A stretch of DNA of 64,000 bases from Pocillopora damicornis (Eukaryota): the NCBI RefSeq assembly GCF_003704095.1, contig NW_020843601.1, positions 62,001 through 126,000 of the forward strand, in the 5' to 3' direction. The position numbers and the translations under genes were made by a program. The notes beneath the pieces were generated by a model that worked only from the letters and a program-made list of their open reading frames with translations, was not told the DNA's origin and did not search any database. This document shows positions 59,001-64,000 of this stretch, in pieces (the first letter of the stretch is position 1; each line of letters starts with the position of its first letter).

Positions 59001-62000
59001 TTTGTTTCTTTGTTTCTTGTTCTTTTATCATTCCTTAATCAATCGTATCACACTTGCTGTCATTTGTTGCTTGGTTTTTCTTGGAACTAATTCCCTTTTG
59101 CCACACTTTAGTCTTATCAACCTTCTTAAAGTGTAAAATGTCAACAGATTTCGAAGGTAGGCAGTCTTTTGGTTTAACAGGCTAACCACTTACGATGTTT
59201 AACTGCATTCAACAGTTTGGACAAAATCAAGAATTTTGAAAGGAATTTATTATGGTGTAGCCAAGCTTGTAAACTTGAGTAAGCAGCATAAGTGTTTATT
59301 GAAAAAAGAATACCGATAGACTTGTGAGTCGAGACATGGGCAACATACAAAAAGTATTTGAAAGATAAGATGAATGAGTAAGAAACTTGTGATTAAACTC
59401 CTAGACCAACGAAAACTTGAAGCGCTCAATTTGTTACCTTTGTTTAGAAAGCGTTCTAACCAACATCCAGCGACGATGACCCCGGATATTTCTTGCACTG
59501 AAATTGGCCATAACCAACGAGCAGACTTCCTCATTGTTTTTGCACTTATCAACTGTCTGTCACTGTATGCTATTTAGGACTAAGAACTTTTTGGCCTCAT
59601 AAAAAAAAACAAGTAGTTATTTTGGGTTGTTTTTTCATTCGAAGACTGCTTTTTGACGTCACACATTTTGCTCATCAAAAGTGATCGACCCTATCTAGCA
59701 ATGCAAAGCAATGTAGGCAAATGAACGATCATCAAGACTTACCTTTTTCGAAATAAGAAAACGTCAGAAGTGGGATGGATTTTTAAAGAAATCAAATCCC
59801 AGATATAATTTGTTTTGCCTTCAAACTGATTTGCTCGCCATTCATTTACGTTCGCTCTTGTTCCTTTTTGTCATGTGCTGACACCTTTAAAACCCGGGGC
59901 CAGGCAACCGAACACAAACTGTCATCATTTCAAGTTAATAAACTCTAAACCTCTGTGCTGTGACGTTAGTCGGAAAGGATTCTTCATGCCAGTTTTGTGC
60001 TTCGTCATGGCGATCTTGGAGGTGGAAGCCACAATCGGAAATGTTACTCCTTAATTAATGGCTTGATCTTTCAACTAAGCTTTTGATTACAATGACAGCT
60101 ACACGTTTCGGTGTTTTTTTTTTTTCGCAATTGCACTTGCGAGGACTTCCTTTGTTAAACAAAGACAGCTCTGTCAAATTTAATTGCCCTTGATTTACAT
60201 GTGCATGATCGTGGCTAGGGTGTCAAAATTCATACAAGACGACGATGATGTAATTTTGATAATAGAACTCCATTGAGGAAAGAAAAAAAGTAATGCACGG
60301 TCTTGCAACAGTACTTAGGGCCCTCTTACACTGCGCTTACGCGAAACGTTATGGAAACAGTATATCATGTTGTTAGGGTTATCAGTAATATTACTTGTAG
60401 ACGTATTGAATAACCGGCAAAATTATTTCGCAAACGGGCAGCGACCACTCAGCTGCCTCTGAGTTAGCTAATGCATTTACGCATGTTTAATAATATTTTC
60501 ATTGGCTCCTACTCTACGAAGAGCATCTACCGCACCAAACTATGTTGATCTCAAGTTTCCTCCCACACAACATCATGAGTGTTGAAAGCCTCTCCTGAAC
60601 AAAATGTAAATCACAATTGAAGGTCAAATTACGAAAGAAACTTTACGACAACGCAACATACTAGAAAGATCTAGGTTAGGACCTTGTAACCGGTGTAAAA
60701 TAACAGCATGATTTGGTGACCAGATTTAACGAGCGTAAACGACTCATGACATTTTGGAAACTTCATGACTCAGGCAAGAAAAGCTCTTAAAAATGTGAAA
60801 AAGCACTTAATTAGGTAAATTCAGTGAATGGAAAAAGGGTGGAAAACGTCAGTTCATCGATGACAGGGTATTGTGATACTGGATCATAAATAGAGAAGTC
60901 GGGCTTCATGTTTCACGCATAAGTAAATTCCTCTTTTTTTTATCTCAACGCACGTTTATCACTTGCCCATGGTTGGAAACTCCTTAGGGTAACTAAATAC
61001 TTACGAAGGTCGTCCCATGGTGTTATGGCTAAATATGTTTTTTTCAGCGCGAGGAGAAAAAAATCAAAGAGCGAACTGAAACAAGTGAGCTATCCACACA
61101 GAAACTATAGCAAAAAAAAAAAAAAGATAACATCCCAAAAACGTTTTGAGCCCTGCATTCGAATTTTAGGGTTTTGTTGTTTTCCCCACGCAAATTCATG
61201 GTAAATGCAACAACAGACCAACTGGTGGTGATGAAAAGGAAAAAAAAACGGATATAACAATACTTTTCCTAGCTGGAGGTCTCTGGTTGACACACACTAA
61301 CCTTTTACCATTGGTCTAACGCCGTTTAAAGTACTCTTTCCAGAGCTATAAAAGCGCGTTAGGTTAGTAGCTTGACTGAACTATCCCTTATCTGTATAAA
61401 AGCATCCCGAAAAGCAAAGTCGCTCATCTGCCAGTGAAGCCGCTTCAAATTCCATTAAATAATTATTTGCTGCATATGCAAAATGAAAAACACGAGGCAG
61501 GAACTCTTCCAGCACCCCACCGTGTTTTAACGAGCTTTTTCATAAATGGGAAAGTTTTCTTTGTTAAGGAAATGGAAGATGATGAAGGTATTTTTCCTTA
61601 ACAAGAATAAACGGTATTAAAGTCGAAGGGACAGCAAATTTAGGAAAAAAAAATATAACCACAGTGGAACGAAATAGAGGACATATTTAGGGTGGCAGGA
61701 ATGCCACGGGATGGAATGGGGAACAAATCCCATCAGAAGTCACTTACACGAGAATGGGCCTCTCGCAATGTGCATACTTGAGGCACACGCAAATATGTGG
61801 TCGAATATCTTGCTGGATTTCAACATAAATTTACTGATTTTCATCTGTAAACACGGCTGAACGTTTAGGTAGTAAAAATTTTTAAAAAATGCGTAGGGGA
61901 ACTTATGAGAGGGGTAGAGTTGTCGCCCCAGTCCTATCTCTCCTCCTCCTTAGAAAATCATGTCAGTTATAACCAGATTGCCTTGAAAAACCAGTTTTAC

Positions 62001-64000
62001 CAGTATTCATTTGCTTACACAACAGTTATTTCCGGTATTAAAAGAATTAGTTCTTTGCTTACTGGCGCTGTTTTCTATAACTCTGTTTCGGAAATAAGTG
62101 GCAAATCTCTACTAACCCTTTGTTATTAATGCCTTTCACTCCTGACCCAGTCAAAGAGTTGATTTATTGCTAGTCGCAACTCAAACGCAATAGTCATTCG
62201 ACACGTTTACAGACTTAAAGCAATCTTCTGTTCGCAACCTTTGCCGCGCTCAGTTTACATTCATATTTCATTACCCTTGGGCAGTCTTTTGTACATTGAT
62301 ATGCTTTTTTTAGCGACACAGTTTCATGTCGCAAGCTTAACCGACAGTGTTATAGCTGGATAACGACGTTTGAAATATTCTGTTTCCGAGAATGGTCTTT
62401 AATAATTTGGATGACGATATCCTCGAGGGCAGTAATGGAGGTCATGCGCACGGCATGCCATCACATATTGAGCAATAGAAAAACGGATCTTAGACCGGCA
62501 ATGCTTTCCTAACAGACAGTGTTTCCAAGTGGGCCCTCTTCATTCGCAAACGAATCCAAACATTTAATGCAAAAATATCCAGACAACTTACCTTTAAGAA
62601 TTAGCTTTACAGGCAAAGTACCTCGTCGTTGCTGTTTCCTCGTTGATCAAAAGGCAGCCACGTTTCACCTAAGCTTGTCGTACAGAGGCAAAATTGTTAA
62701 CCGAAACGAAATCCTGCGACAATTATGGGCTTCCTTTTTGTCCTGGGTTTTAAATTGAGGGAGGGGGAGGATTTTGTTCGGTACAGAATCGATCATTAAC
62801 AACCAAGGCCGAATTCAGAGTGTTGTTGGACCAATAGTGCGTGATTATTTGTGGGAGTTGTTGGAGGCGGGGCCTCATCATATTACAATAAACAAAGTAG
62901 AAAGCATGCGCAAGTCGTCTGAAACGATCCTTTTGCCAACAGCATTTCCGCAGGAAAAATTTACATATAATCTTTTACACGCGATTCTTTTACTGCGTAG
63001 TACCTTTTCATTACTGAGTACATGATAATTATCAACAGAGACATGTAGATTAATCGAAAATTATTATCCTTCCAACCTTCAACCTTAATGTTTTTAAACC
63101 TTGGCATTCGACATTAACTGATCTTCAAGGTAAATAGGACGACACAGCGGAAACGTCATATTAAAATACTTTTTAAAAAAAAATGGTGCGACTATCGAAT
63201 GAAAAGCTTTTATTAGCTATCAAGGAAGGGAGAAAAGATTGTTTGGTGATCGCGTAGTTTTTGGACTATACCGTAAAAATAGAGCGAATGAAATAGGGTC
63301 CAGCTCTAATTGAAAGCGTGATCCTTTCTGCTTATCTTCATATGTGAGATGTTTTGCATTCAAGTGGGATAAACGATAAATTTATTGACAAGCTCGGCGG
63401 GAAGTTGGACGACGGATTCTCGTAAAGGAAGATTTAATTCGCTGTTTCACTCGCCAGGCTTGAAAAGGAAACAATTTCACTCACCAAGTAGGAACAAGAA
63501 GAGCCTGGCACAGGAAGTATTTACCGGGGATTTAGAACGTGCAAGTTGGCACAGACGTCACAGAGAAAAACTAATATCGTTCTGTCTTGGCGGTGGAACA
63601 AGGAATTTAACTTTTGTAGAGAATTTTGCCGATCAAGGACGCCTGTTGCGAAGCGCTATTTTGTTAGACGATGTTGCTCAAAATTAGTCAAGGCCAGGGT
63701 CATTTGTGCTATATTTCTTCTTTTGTGCTGAGTTTGTAACAATGGGTCTTTTATAAAATTCTCTAACGCGCGTGATGGGTCGATCTTCCTTTTTCCTTAC
63801 GTGACCATTCGGGACCTCAGAGTCATGCTTGCCTGATATAGGATGGACTCACTCGGTTGTTCATTTCGTTATCCATCTATACAAGCAGCTATCAATCAGC
63901 CCTGTATTGGTTCGTCCGTTTGGTAGTTCGTTCTTTTGTCAACTCGCTCTGCTCACTTATTTATTTTGATTGAGGTAGTCATTCCTCTGCGTGTTTCTTG

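Noticed and set aside
53100-64000. A further receptor gene upstream of RTK-B
   Set aside because: No Ig, FN3, TM or kinase exon was recognised; the short ORFs (e.g. 57379-57570, 59374-59577) lack motifs.

Overview
AT-rich animal genomic DNA with spliceosomal GT-AG introns. It is probably a cnidarian (stony coral); this is inferred from repeat families and protein style, not proven. The window holds a tandem, all-minus-strand cluster of Ig-superfamily receptor genes, reconstructed by hand from splice sites and reading phase. RTK-A (9063-21701) has 21 coding exons and about 1155 aa. RTK-B (42022-53057) has 21 coding exons and about 1185 aa. Both share the architecture signal peptide / V-type Ig / 2 I-type Ig / 3 FN3 / S-T stalk / TM / Tyr-rich juxtamembrane / RET-FGFR-like tyrosine kinase, with identical intron phases. 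Gene C (starts at 5624 and runs off the left edge) has a signal peptide, one V-type Ig, a mucin-like stalk built partly from a tandemly duplicated exon, and a TM segment. All three N-terminal V domains carry Trp where the canonical B-strand Cys should be, a feature recalled for Hydractinia Alr allorecognition proteins. The rest is intergenic or intronic: two decayed LINE reverse-transcriptase fragments, several MITE/SINE-like repeats, a (TGGA)n array and two N gaps. No prokaryotic features, CRISPR arrays, rRNA or intact tRNA were seen.
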